DNA from: a virus
Taxonomy: Duplodnaviria > Caudoviricetes
IMG/VR virus record: IMGVR_UViG_3300032076_000047
Location: 1-24,110 of that record
Direction: 5' to 3' (one strand)
DNA length: 24,110 bases
Made by a program: the position numbers and the translations under genes. Shown here in pieces: positions 8,668 through 16,634 of this stretch. The notes under the pieces are model-generated. The model did not search any database. It was not told where the DNA came from and saw only the letters and a program-made list of their open reading frames with translations. How positions within the stretch are numbered: position 1 is the first letter of the stretch; each line of letters opens with the position of its first letter.

Positions 8668-8783
8668 GTTAGCTTAGGCAACCGGAGCAGCAATGAGCAA
8701 CCACTCAACGATGTAAGCTCAGGATGCTCCGGTCCTTAATGGACCGCCATAGATGAGATGGCGATAAACAAGGAAACCCTACA

Positions 8784-9338
8784 ATGAATATCCAAGCATT
8801 GCTCGATGCGCTAACCAGCGCCAAGAATGATCAGGACGCGGTTCCTGCTCTGCGGACCAAAGTGGCCGAACTCGAAGCGGCGATTGAGAGCCAGAGAATG
8901 GCCAACGCGAAGCTTCAGGAAGAATTGCTGAATACGCAAGTTTCCCTGGAGTCTGAGACCAACCGTGTTCGCTCCCTGGAGGTGGAGCGGGATGATCTAG
9001 GGTTTCGGGCCGGAGAGGCCGAAGGGAAGCTTGCGGCGATTCTGCAAGTGGCTCGGCCTAAGGCTACTGAGCCTGAGCCAGTTTCACATGTGGAGCCGGC
9101 CGATCATCAAGACATGGTAGAGCCTGCGGCCCCGCAGCCTGTTCCGCAGCAGACCTATCACTATCCTTCGCCCTCCCCCACTCCATTCCCTGAGGCGGTC
9201 TCCGCCGGGAGGGAGGTTCAGCAGACTAACGCTGACCAGGATACTACCGAACACTCCGCTACCCAGGGAGGTGGTAGCAGCAATAGAGAGGTCAAGGCGG
9301 AGGCTGCTTACCGCTACCCGTGGGAGTCATATCAATGA
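8784..9338 (+). CDS. Coiled-coil protein with disordered Pro/Glu/Gln-rich C-terminus
   Basis: AAGGA RBS; heptad repeats over the first ~90 aa. Confidence 0.7.
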   Translation: MNIQALLDALTSAKNDQDAVPALRTKVAELEAAIESQRMANAKLQEELLNTQVSLESETNRVRSLEVERDDLGFRAGEAEGKLAAILQVARPKATEPEPVSHVEPADHQDMVEPAAPQPVPQQTYHYPSPSPTPFPEAVSAGREVQQTNADQDTTEHSATQGGGSSNREVKAEAAYRYPWESYQ

Positions 9339-9415
9339 CATATCGTGTCATCGGCGGCCTTCACTTCATCCGCATCGGTAGATTCGGCCTGACTTGGTTC
9401 TGGCATAAGCGCTAG
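9335..9415 (+). CDS. 26-aa small protein MTYRVIGGLHFIRIGRFGLTWFWHKR
   Basis: ATGA overlap with the previous stop, GGGAG RBS, stop just before the hairpin; below the ORF-track cutoff. Confidence 0.5.
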   Translation: MTYRVIGGLHFIRIGRFGLTWFWHKR

Positions 9416-9422
9416 GGCTTGA

Positions 9423-9442
9423 GGGGGAGCTTCGGCTCCCCC
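9423..9442 (+). terminator. UUCG-tetraloop hairpin (terminator or stability element)
   Basis: GGGGGAGC-TTCG-GCTCCCCC perfect 8-bp stem; only a weak T tract (AATTT) follows. Confidence 0.6.
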
Positions 9443-9458
9443 AATTTGGAGAGAAGAC

Positions 9459-9830
9459 ATGGAAAAGGTTCGCTATTCCGAGGCCAATAATCTCAGAGTC
9501 CCGTGTGATTACACTGCGGCCGACGGAACGATCAAGACTTATCAGCGCAAGCTGCGGTCGCCTGATATCCTTCAATTCTTCAAGATCGGTGGGAAGTATG
9601 GAACCAGTGCCATTCCGGCCGATTTCTACGCTTTCGGCGCCATTGGGGATACTTATATCATCATCCGAAGCAGGGCTGGCGCCAGGGAAGATGCGGAGCT
9701 AGGTTATGGGCCGGCCAAGCGCAGGGTCGTCGCAATCTGCCAATACTGCGAAGCCTACGTCTGTCCTGGTCATCTTGACCAGCATCAACGGGGACGGGAT
9801 TGCGCTAGTCGCCAGGGGAGGATGAGATGA
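9459..9830 (+). CDS. Hypothetical protein with C-terminal Zn-finger-like motif
   Basis: GGAGAG RBS; CQYC...HLDQH....C. Confidence 0.65.
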   Translation: MEKVRYSEANNLRVPCDYTAADGTIKTYQRKLRSPDILQFFKIGGKYGTSAIPADFYAFGAIGDTYIIIRSRAGAREDAELGYGPAKRRVVAICQYCEAYVCPGHLDQHQRGRDCASRQGRMR

Positions 9831-10048
9831 AGCACCTATCCAGCCTGAAATATACCGATCCATTCGAGCGAGAGGGCGATCTCTTCGTCTTTATAGTGGA
9901 TATCGGCGGCGGTATGGCCCAAGTCAAGCGCATTGGCTACTTTAAGGATCATGGCGAGGTGGTTCTCATCGCCGCGGTCAATGAGAGCCTTAGTCTTGAT
10001 GCTGAGGTCACTCCGGGCACGTTGGTTTGGGAGCCAGAAGATGATTAG
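9827..10048 (+). CDS. Hypothetical protein
   Basis: ATGA overlap, GGAGG RBS. Confidence 0.6.
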   Translation: MKHLSSLKYTDPFEREGDLFVFIVDIGGGMAQVKRIGYFKDHGEVVLIAAVNESLSLDAEVTPGTLVWEPEDD

Positions 10049-10214
10049 AGCTTGGGCCATGATCGCGCTGCTATGCAGCCTGCCGATACTGCTCGGCGCC
10101 AGCTTGCTCTGGCATCTAATAGAGCGATTCTTGGTCAATCCTGGATCGGTCATCATGGGCGCCATTATTGGCGCCCTTTGGCTTTGTGCCTCATTATGGG
10201 CCTTGGAGAGATAG
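10041..10214 (+). CDS. Small two-TM membrane protein
   Basis: ATG 10041 with GGGAG; two hydrophobic stretches. Confidence 0.5.
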   Translation: MIRAWAMIALLCSLPILLGASLLWHLIERFLVNPGSVIMGAIIGALWLCASLWALER

Positions 10215-10216
10215 GC

Positions 10217-10483
10217 ATGACACACTATGTTGAGGACTATTCGGCCCTAAAAGGGCTTGAGAAGGTGAATAAGGCTCTTGATGATATTCGGAGCTTTATG
10301 GGAAAGGAAAAGTTCGATATGCTGACCATCACTCTGCGCGAAGAGCCGCCGCCAGATATGGACTATTTCAGGCTCATCTGCTCCATGATGGGAGTCAGTC
10401 ACTATCCAGTCTTAGCATGGTATGTCCATGCTTGGGGCCTGAAAGAGTTCGCAAAGCACTACTCAGAGGAGGGTCAATCATAA
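10217..10483 (+). CDS. Hypothetical protein
   Basis: Start re-called at ATG 10217 (GGAGAG RBS), MTHYVEDYS... Confidence 0.6.
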   Translation: MTHYVEDYSALKGLEKVNKALDDIRSFMGKEKFDMLTITLREEPPPDMDYFRLICSMMGVSHYPVLAWYVHAWGLKEFAKHYSEEGQS

Positions 10484-10504
10484 TCGATTTGGAGTCGATT
10501 ATGC

Positions 10505-10533
10505 TTGATTTTCCCTGATATTTGTGGTATTAT
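10505..10533 (+). promoter_or_regulatory. Sigma70 promoter P2 (upstream of the TIGR-Tas cassette)
   Basis: TTGATT-17 bp-TATTAT with extended -10 TG; near-identical copy at 14853. Confidence 0.75.
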
Positions 10534-10559
10534 ATAACCATAATTCGGGGAGAAGAGAG

Positions 10560-10856
10560 ATGAACAACAAGCTTCGAGACTTCCAGCGCTTCATCGCTGG
10601 CGCAGTTAGGGGGAATAAGCCTGCCCCTCCAGCCGATGAATTTGAGCCTGAGATTAGGCCATATGGAGTCCCGGCCGGGCAGAATAAGCTAGAGCTATTC
10701 GAATGCGCTACCTGTGGCCGACCGCCGACTAGGCTGGAGAAGAGCAATCTGGCCGCATTCCTTTTCGAGGATGTGGTGTCGGCTAAAGAGTATCAGATTT
10801 CTGGAATGTGCCAAGCCTGCCAGAATAAGACCTTTCATAGGGAGGTATGGTCATGA
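10560..10856 (+). CDS. Zn-ribbon protein
   Basis: Start ATG 10560 (GGGGAG); CATC...SAKEYQISGMCQACQ. Confidence 0.7.
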   Translation: MNNKLRDFQRFIAGAVRGNKPAPPADEFEPEIRPYGVPAGQNKLELFECATCGRPPTRLEKSNLAAFLFEDVVSAKEYQISGMCQACQNKTFHREVWS

Positions 10857-11155
10857 GTGGCACGCCAGCTACATCGGCCGCGCCTAAGAATGCGGCCAAG
10901 GTTTGGACAGATACGCGGTATATCTATACAGAGATACCGGGCAAGCTGCTTGAGGATGGCAGTTTAATTCCTGCCGCAGTGTTCAAGTTCCCCCTCACTG
11001 AGGGGGGACTAAGCAAGGCCTTGGCTATTCACAAGGCCCAGATTTACGAATATGCTGGTCAGCCCATGCCTTCGAACGTGGCGCGGCGTTCGATGAACCC
11101 GCGCATAGCGGCTGCCCAGGCTATATTGCGGAAGAATGGAATACTGAAAGGATAG
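10853..11155 (+). CDS. Hypothetical protein
   Basis: GGAGGT RBS, ATGA overlap. Confidence 0.65.
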   Translation: MSGTPATSAAPKNAAKVWTDTRYIYTEIPGKLLEDGSLIPAAVFKFPLTEGGLSKALAIHKAQIYEYAGQPMPSNVARRSMNPRIAAAQAILRKNGILKG

Positions 11156-11159
11156 GCCG

Positions 11160-11405
11160 ATGTTTCTTCCCTTATATCTCCGCGAGAAGACTAGCTTTGA
11201 GGATATTCTGAGGCCAAGGGAATGGGAAGCAATCTGGGCCATTAAGGCCGAGGCCAGGGAGCGACTCTGGGAGTTATATGAGACTCGTATATGGCCGGCC
11301 TGGATTGTTGACCGTCCCACATGCCTAGCCACGATGGCCGAAAGCCTCAGGATAGATAGGAGGATTTTGCACACCGTCCCACATCGCCGATTCCGTCCCA
11401 CCTAG
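11160..11405 (+). CDS. Hypothetical protein
   Basis: AAGGA upstream; its TAG stop overlaps the first AGCC of the array. Confidence 0.45.
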   Translation: MFLPLYLREKTSFEDILRPREWEAIWAIKAEARERLWELYETRIWPAWIVDRPTCLATMAESLRIDRRILHTVPHRRFRPT

Positions 11406-12320
11406 CCACCGCAGTCGAGAGCACCAGGAGAATTGAGCGGCCTTTAATCGCCGATCAAGCCAATTAAGTCGAGAGCATCGAACAGGGAAAGCGAGCCAAT
11501 TGCATCGAGAGCATCGAACGTGATGAGCGAGCCATTACCCCCGATTGCGACATATGTCTCAAGAGCTAACCAGCTGTAGGGAGCGCACCAACTCCACTGA
11601 GTGAACCAGAAATAGTTAGAGCACCGAGTGAATGGAGTGAACCAAAGTTCCTAGAGCGCCATATCAGCGGAGTGAACCACGTCTAGCGAGAGTGCCAGAT
11701 GATCAAAGTGAACCAATAAGGCAGAGAGCATCAACTCATTAGAGTGAACCACGTCCAGAGAGAGCACCGAGTGAATAGAGTGAGCCAGTGGGACTAGAGC
11801 ACCGTTCCATGAAGCGAACCAAGAATACTGAGAGCACCACAACACCGGAGTGAGCCAAGAGTATTGAGCGCACCGTGACCAGGAAGCGGCCAAAAGAAGC
11901 AAGAGCACCAATTCCCCAGAGCGAGCCTTATCGTCAAAGAGCACCATCAGGTATAAGCGAGCCAGACCATCGAAGAGCACCGTCCATGGTGAGCGAGCCA
12001 ATTCCCAAGAGGGCACCCCGTTATGGTAAGCGAACCATCACAAACGAGAGCACCGAACTAGCGGAGTGAGCCGATCCCCACGAGGGCACCATCCATGTTG
12101 AGCGAACCAAAGCCCCGTAGAGCACCGAAAGTGTGGAGTGGGCCAATACAGCGGAGGGCACCAAATGTAGTGAGCGAACCAAAACCTCAGAGCGCACCGC
12201 AAGCTATGAGTAAGCCAAAGGCTTAGAGAGTATCAAAACCGGGGAGCGAGCCAAACCTAAGAAGAGCACCGCAGGTAATGAGCGAGCCAACGCAAGCTAG
12301 CGCACCAAATGTATCGAGCG
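11404..12320 (+). repeat. TIGR-like dual-repeat guide-RNA array (left), about 25 units of 36 nt
   Basis: Alternating AGAGCACC-type (11418, 11472, 11508 ... 12263, 12299) and AGYGARCC-type 8-mers separated by variable ~10-nt segments; period mostly 36 nt; begins with the half-repeat AGCC and ends with AGCG. Confidence 0.9.
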
Positions 12321-12338
12321 ACAACATGGAGAAGAGTG

Positions 12339-13175
12339 ATGGAACAAGTATCCCGAATGTCCAAAGACATCCTCGCAGCGACCACGTCGTTGACGATTGA
12401 TGAAGTGAGGCATCTGGTCGACGCGTATTATATCATGCAGACCGACCGGAAGAGGTATGAGAGTCAGCGGAGCGCTATGATGCAAGAGCCGCATTCGGTC
12501 ATTAGCTTTCTGGCCGATAGTTCGAGGGTTCTCGAAGGGCAGGTGAAGCTGGCCTTGGATCGATATACCGACCATCATCCGGTCGGGGGATGGATGAAGG
12601 GGATTCATGGTATCGGCCCGATCATTGCGGCCGGTATGCTAGCGCATATTGACATCCACAAGGCCCAAACGGCCGGAGATATTTGGCGCTACGCTGGCCT
12701 CGATCCCACATGCAAGTGGGAGAAGGGGCAGAAACGGCCGTGGAATGCACGGCTGAAGACGCTCTGCTGGAACACAGGACAGGTGTTCATGCGGAACTCG
12801 GGGAGAGAAGACTCATTCTACGGCCATCGGTATCGGGACCGGAAGACTTATGAAATCGCGCGGAATGATCTTGGCGGGAATGAGGCCAAGGCGGCGGAAC
12901 TACTTCATAAGTTCAACAAATCGACAGATGCGTATAAGCATCTCAAGGCCGGCCGGCTACCGCCAGCGCAGATCGATGCAAGAGCTAGGCGGTGGACGGT
13001 TAAGCTGTTCCTGTCCCACTTACAGACTGTTTGGTGGTGGATTGAATTCGGCACATTGCCGGCCAAACCATACATCCTGACGAAGGAAGGTCATGGGCAT
13101 TTGGTCCTACCGCCGAACATCGATGAGGAGCTGCATGATAAGCTTCTCGCGTGGAAGGAAGCCGAGTTGACCTAG
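12339..13175 (+). CDS. TasA-like protein: IS110/Nop-type RNA-binding domain, no nuclease domain
   Basis: Start re-called at ATG 12339 (GGAGAAG), 278 aa. Helical N-terminus (LVDAYYIMQTDRKR..), then GIHGIGPIIAAGMLAHI...IWRYAGLDP, the IS116/IS110/IS902 C-terminal/Nop signature. No N-terminal RuvC DEDD and no HNH visible; arrays on both sides. Confidence 0.85.
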   Translation: MEQVSRMSKDILAATTSLTIDEVRHLVDAYYIMQTDRKRYESQRSAMMQEPHSVISFLADSSRVLEGQVKLALDRYTDHHPVGGWMKGIHGIGPIIAAGMLAHIDIHKAQTAGDIWRYAGLDPTCKWEKGQKRPWNARLKTLCWNTGQVFMRNSGREDSFYGHRYRDRKTYEIARNDLGGNEAKAAELLHKFNKSTDAYKHLKAGRLPPAQIDARARRWTVKLFLSHLQTVWWWIEFGTLPAKPYILTKEGHGHLVLPPNIDEELHDKLLAWKEAELT

Positions 13176-13774
13176 CGCACCATGATAAATGAGCGATAGC
13201 CAAGTTGGCTAAGAGCACCACATAGTTGGAGCGAGCCAGACCCGAAGAGAGCACCAAAACGCTTGAGCGAGCCAGAACCGACGAGTGCGCCAGTGTGGTC
13301 TGAGCGAGCCACTTCGACCAAGAGCACCGAACCAAGAAAGCGAGCCATCTGATAGAAGAGCACCGAAATGCCCGAGCGAGCCAAAGTAACGTAGAGCACC
13401 TAATGCGGCGAGCGAGCCATCACAGTAGAGGGCACCATAGCGTAGGAGCGAACCAGACGCTTCGAGAGCACCAAAACACTTGAGTGAGCCTTCACAGTGG
13501 AGAGCACCGAATTGACGGAGCGGGCCAAATAACCCAAGGGCACCAAACCCAGGGAGCGAGCCGTCACGATTGAGAGCACCAAATATGTCGAGCGAACCAT
13601 TTCGCAAGAGAGCACCACTCGAACCAAGTGAGCCATCCCAATTGAGAGCACCAAAACGTCCGAGTGAGCCTTTGACGTCGAGAGCACCGAGTATCAGGAG
13701 CGAGCCAAAAACATTGAGAGCACCGAAGCGTGGGAGCGAGCCATTAAGGCGGAGAGCACCGAAACACTTGAGTG
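13160..13774 (+). repeat. TIGR-like dual-repeat guide-RNA array (right), 17 units of 36 nt
   Basis: Loop repeats at 13174, 13212, 13248, 13284, 13321, then every 36 nt to 13753; same AGCC-N10-AGAGCACC-N10-AGYG unit as the left array. Confidence 0.92.
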
Positions 13775-13784
13775 AGCGAAGACC

Positions 13785-14075
13785 ATGGGAAAGCTTGAAG
13801 AACTGATCCAAGAGGCGAATGATGCTGGCTGGTGGGTGAATAATCTGTTCCAGACCACCGAAGGCTGGCAGGCCAACCTGCGCTCCGACACACATGCAAC
13901 GCAGTTCGGCCGTGGACCAACGGCCGAATATGCGATGCAAGAGGCGTTGTTTATGATCGCTGAGGCAATGCCGCTTCAGAGGATCGAGGTGAACTGGACC
14001 ACGCAGCCATCGGTCAGGGAGGTTCTCCAGAGGACTCTTGGGCCGGTTTGTAAGATTGGAAGGAGAGGATTGTGA
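13785..14075 (+). CDS. Hypothetical protein
   Basis: Starts 10 nt after the array; GWWVNNLFQT..GWQANLR globular-looking sequence. Confidence 0.65.
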   Translation: MGKLEELIQEANDAGWWVNNLFQTTEGWQANLRSDTHATQFGRGPTAEYAMQEALFMIAEAMPLQRIEVNWTTQPSVREVLQRTLGPVCKIGRRGL

Positions 14076-14224
14076 AAGAAACTCGCGCTGAGCGGAGGGC
14101 CAAATTCCGCAGGCTGAAACGGTTGGCCAAGATTTGGGGCACTCAGCCACCGAACTGGAACGACCTTAAACGGCCGAAAGAGGCGAAACATGATGATAGG
14201 GATAGAAAGAATGTTAGACACTAA
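14072..14224 (+). CDS. 50-aa basic protein MKETRAERRAKFRRLKRLAKIWG...
   Basis: GTGA overlap, GGAGAGG RBS; below the ORF-track cutoff. Confidence 0.45.
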   Translation: MKETRAERRAKFRRLKRLAKIWGTQPPNWNDLKRPKEAKHDDRDRKNVRH

Positions 14225-14429
14225 GGTAACGAGCATGGATCAGGTCAAGACCGCGATGGACGAGATCGAGGGGATGATGATCCGGGAAACTCAGAAGCTT
14301 CGGCCGACCCTGCAAATGCGGCCGGTGCCAGGAGAGACGGTCATGGAGCGGCTGCATCGGATAGAGCAAAAGGCCGACCATCTCGCGGAGCGGATTAGCA
14401 CAGTTCTCAGACATTTGGGGTTCGAATGA
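14190..14429 (+). CDS. Hypothetical coiled-coil protein
   Basis: GAGG RBS; exact start uncertain. Confidence 0.55.
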   Translation: MMIGIERMLDTKVTSMDQVKTAMDEIEGMMIRETQKLRPTLQMRPVPGETVMERLHRIEQKADHLAERISTVLRHLGFE

Positions 14430-14665
14430 TCAGTCATCCAGTTATTCCAACATTCGGCGGCCAAGTAACCAAAGGGGAGACATTCTCGAAGATCATCCAT
14501 ACTCTGGATGAGCTTCGGGATTTATGCTTGGTCATGGCGCACCTTCATAAAACCGAAGACTCGGCCAAGGATGATCTGATGGCCTTGGGCTGGAGGACGG
14601 TCGAGGAGCAGTTCCACAAGACCAGACATCTGATAATCCAACTAGCTCAAGGACATATTCAATGA
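14426..14665 (+). CDS. Hypothetical protein
   Basis: ATGA-coupled. Confidence 0.6.
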   Translation: MISHPVIPTFGGQVTKGETFSKIIHTLDELRDLCLVMAHLHKTEDSAKDDLMALGWRTVEEQFHKTRHLIIQLAQGHIQ

Positions 14666-14856
14666 TGGAAACCGGAATATATGTCCGGGTTTGTGTCAGA
14701 GGGCGCTGGTGCGCCCTTGACATCGCCGATCCGGAGATGCCTGCACCGGAATTACTCGGTTGGCTAGCTTCGCTAAGCCAGGATGAGCTTGAGCGGACCA
14801 TGTCGGTTGTCCGCTTGGCGATGGGGGTTAAGAGGAGAAGAGTCGAAAATCCTTGA
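14662..14856 (+). CDS. Hypothetical protein
   Basis: ATGA-coupled, AAGGA RBS; GIYVRV...GRW..LDIAD. Confidence 0.55.
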   Translation: MMETGIYVRVCVRGRWCALDIADPEMPAPELLGWLASLSQDELERTMSVVRLAMGVKRRRVENP

Positions 14857-14881
14857 TTTTCCCTGATATCTGTGGTATGAT
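14853..14881 (+). promoter_or_regulatory. Sigma70 promoter P3 (replication module)
   Basis: TTGATT-17 bp-TATGAT with extended -10; 26/27 identical to the P2 region. Confidence 0.75.
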
Positions 14882-14905
14882 GTCAGTATAATTGGAGAGC
14901 CCGAA

Positions 14906-16327
14906 ATGGATATGGAAGTGAAACATCGTCCAACGGCCGAACAGTCTGCCTGCATCGAGGCCGTTTTGACGACACAGGACAACCTGATGATCCGCGCGCT
15001 AGCCGGAACCGGGAAGTCCGCTACGCTGCGCATGGCCGATGACGCATGTCCGATAGGGCCTGCGCTTTATTTGGTCTTCAACACTCGGAATGCGAAAGAG
15101 GCGACGAAGAAATTCCGGCCGTCAACGACGGTTCAGACCTTTAACTCCTGTGGTCATAGGACTTGGATGACTACATGCGCCAGGACCGTGGCGCTGAACC
15201 AAAGGAAGACCTCGGATATTTTCCGCCAGCTTCTGGAGAATGCCGGCCGAACCGATGCTGAAGAGGCCTGGGAGGTTTGGGACTGCGTCAAGGACGGGGT
15301 GAAGAAGGCCAAGGCGGTTGGATATATCCCGGCGACGCATCAGAGGGCCGTGAAGAGATTGGCCAGTTGGGACGATCTGAAGGCCAAGATGGATGAACAG
15401 CCTGGGCCCCTCGCGAAGGAATACATCGACGCGATAATGCTTGAGTCGATCAGGCAGGCTTATCTTGGGTCGATTGATTTCGACGACCAGTGCTACATGC
15501 CGGCCCTATTTGGCGGGATATTTCCTCGGTTTCCGCGGATCATGGTGGATGAGTATCAGGACCTATCGCCGGTTCAGCATCATATGATCTCCAGGCTTTG
15601 TCGGTATGGAGCGCGGCAGATCGGGGTCGGCGATGAGGCGCAGGCGATCTATGCGTTTCGCGGGGCCTATGACAACGGAATGGCCGATGCGATTGAGAAG
15701 TTCCAGATGAAGGTGCTTCCGCTGTCGGTCAGCTTCCGTTGCCCATCGGCCATTGTGGAAAATGTCCTCTGGCGAGTGCCGGAGTTCCGGGCCCATAAGA
15801 CCGGAGGGTCGGTGAACTACGGCGGCGAACCGAGGGATGACGCGACGGTGATCTGTCGCAACAATGCTCCGCTACTCTCCATGGCCATGCGGCTTCTCTG
15901 CGAAGGCCAGTCGGTGGATGTGGCGGGGGTCGACATGGCCGAAAGGCTGGTCGGCCAGATGAAGAAACTAGGTCCGGAGGAAATGACCCGCGGCGAAGCG
16001 CTCCGCGAAATCGACGATTGGTTGTTGCGGAAGATTGAAGTGGGATCGAAATCAGCGCCCGATATGGCCGATTGCATGCGGGTGTTTGTGAGGAAATCCC
16101 CTTCACTCGGCGCAGCCATTGCCTACGCGAACCACATGTTCGCACAGGCCGGGAAGGTGTCGTTCCTCACCGGGCATAAATCGAAGGGGCTTGAGTTTCA
16201 GGATGTTTATCATCTGGAGCCGACCCTTTGCACGGATCGAGGGCAGGACCAAAATGTCCACTACGTTATCGACACTCGGAGCCTTGACTCCCTCACATAT
16301 ATAAGGACACCAGATGTCTCTACCTGA
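14906..16327 (+). CDS. UvrD/Rep-like SF1 DNA helicase
   Basis: Motifs I ALAGTGKS, II VDEYQD, III VGDEAQAIYAFRGA, IV SFRCP, V TGHKSKGLEF, VI YVIDTRS. Confidence 0.92.
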   Translation: MDMEVKHRPTAEQSACIEAVLTTQDNLMIRALAGTGKSATLRMADDACPIGPALYLVFNTRNAKEATKKFRPSTTVQTFNSCGHRTWMTTCARTVALNQRKTSDIFRQLLENAGRTDAEEAWEVWDCVKDGVKKAKAVGYIPATHQRAVKRLASWDDLKAKMDEQPGPLAKEYIDAIMLESIRQAYLGSIDFDDQCYMPALFGGIFPRFPRIMVDEYQDLSPVQHHMISRLCRYGARQIGVGDEAQAIYAFRGAYDNGMADAIEKFQMKVLPLSVSFRCPSAIVENVLWRVPEFRAHKTGGSVNYGGEPRDDATVICRNNAPLLSMAMRLLCEGQSVDVAGVDMAERLVGQMKKLGPEEMTRGEALREIDDWLLRKIEVGSKSAPDMADCMRVFVRKSPSLGAAIAYANHMFAQAGKVSFLTGHKSKGLEFQDVYHLEPTLCTDRGQDQNVHYVIDTRSLDSLTYIRTPDVST

Positions 16328-16634
16328 AACCATCTCAGCCTATCCAGATTGTAAAGAGCTCTATGAGAGAGCTAATGAGGACCCGATAGGTGTGCGGGCC
16401 CGAATGGAGAGTGAGGCGGCGGCAAAGCTGTTCCAGATGCGGATGCATCAGTATCGGTCCCTGGAGCGAAGGCAGAGCAAGCGGCTTTACGATCGCGATG
16501 ATATTCGGCATGGTAAATCCGAATTTGATCCACTAGTGGTCAAGGTCCGCGAGGACACTGAAGGCCATTGGTGGGTCTACGTCGAGCGGGCCAATCTGAA
16601 CACCGACGCGTTGGAGTCGCTAAGTGAACTATGA
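16314..16634 (+). CDS. Hypothetical protein
   Basis: AAGGA RBS; operon order. Confidence 0.65.
   Translation: MSLPETISAYPDCKELYERANEDPIGVRARMESEAAAKLFQMRMHQYRSLERRQSKRLYDRDDIRHGKSEFDPLVVKVREDTEGHWWVYVERANLNTDALESLSEL

Noticed and set aside
12339-13175. Intact IS110 insertion sequence
   Set aside because: Lacks the N-terminal DEDD RuvC domain needed for recombination; flanks are guide-like arrays.
13164-13680. TTGAC (-35-like) in three spacers, suggesting promoter targeting
   Set aside because: Post hoc 5-mer among ~84 spacers; too weak without target mapping.
11404-13774. CRISPR array
   Set aside because: Two alternating 8-nt repeats with ~10-nt spacers do not fit CRISPR dimensions, and no cas operon is present.
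13209-14150. 313-aa minus-strand ORF with GAL...GSL 12-aa periodicity, and other ORFs over both arrays
   Set aside because: By-product of a 36-nt period. Several frames are open on both strands, the region is antisense to the operon, and 35/37-nt units break frame in the arrays.
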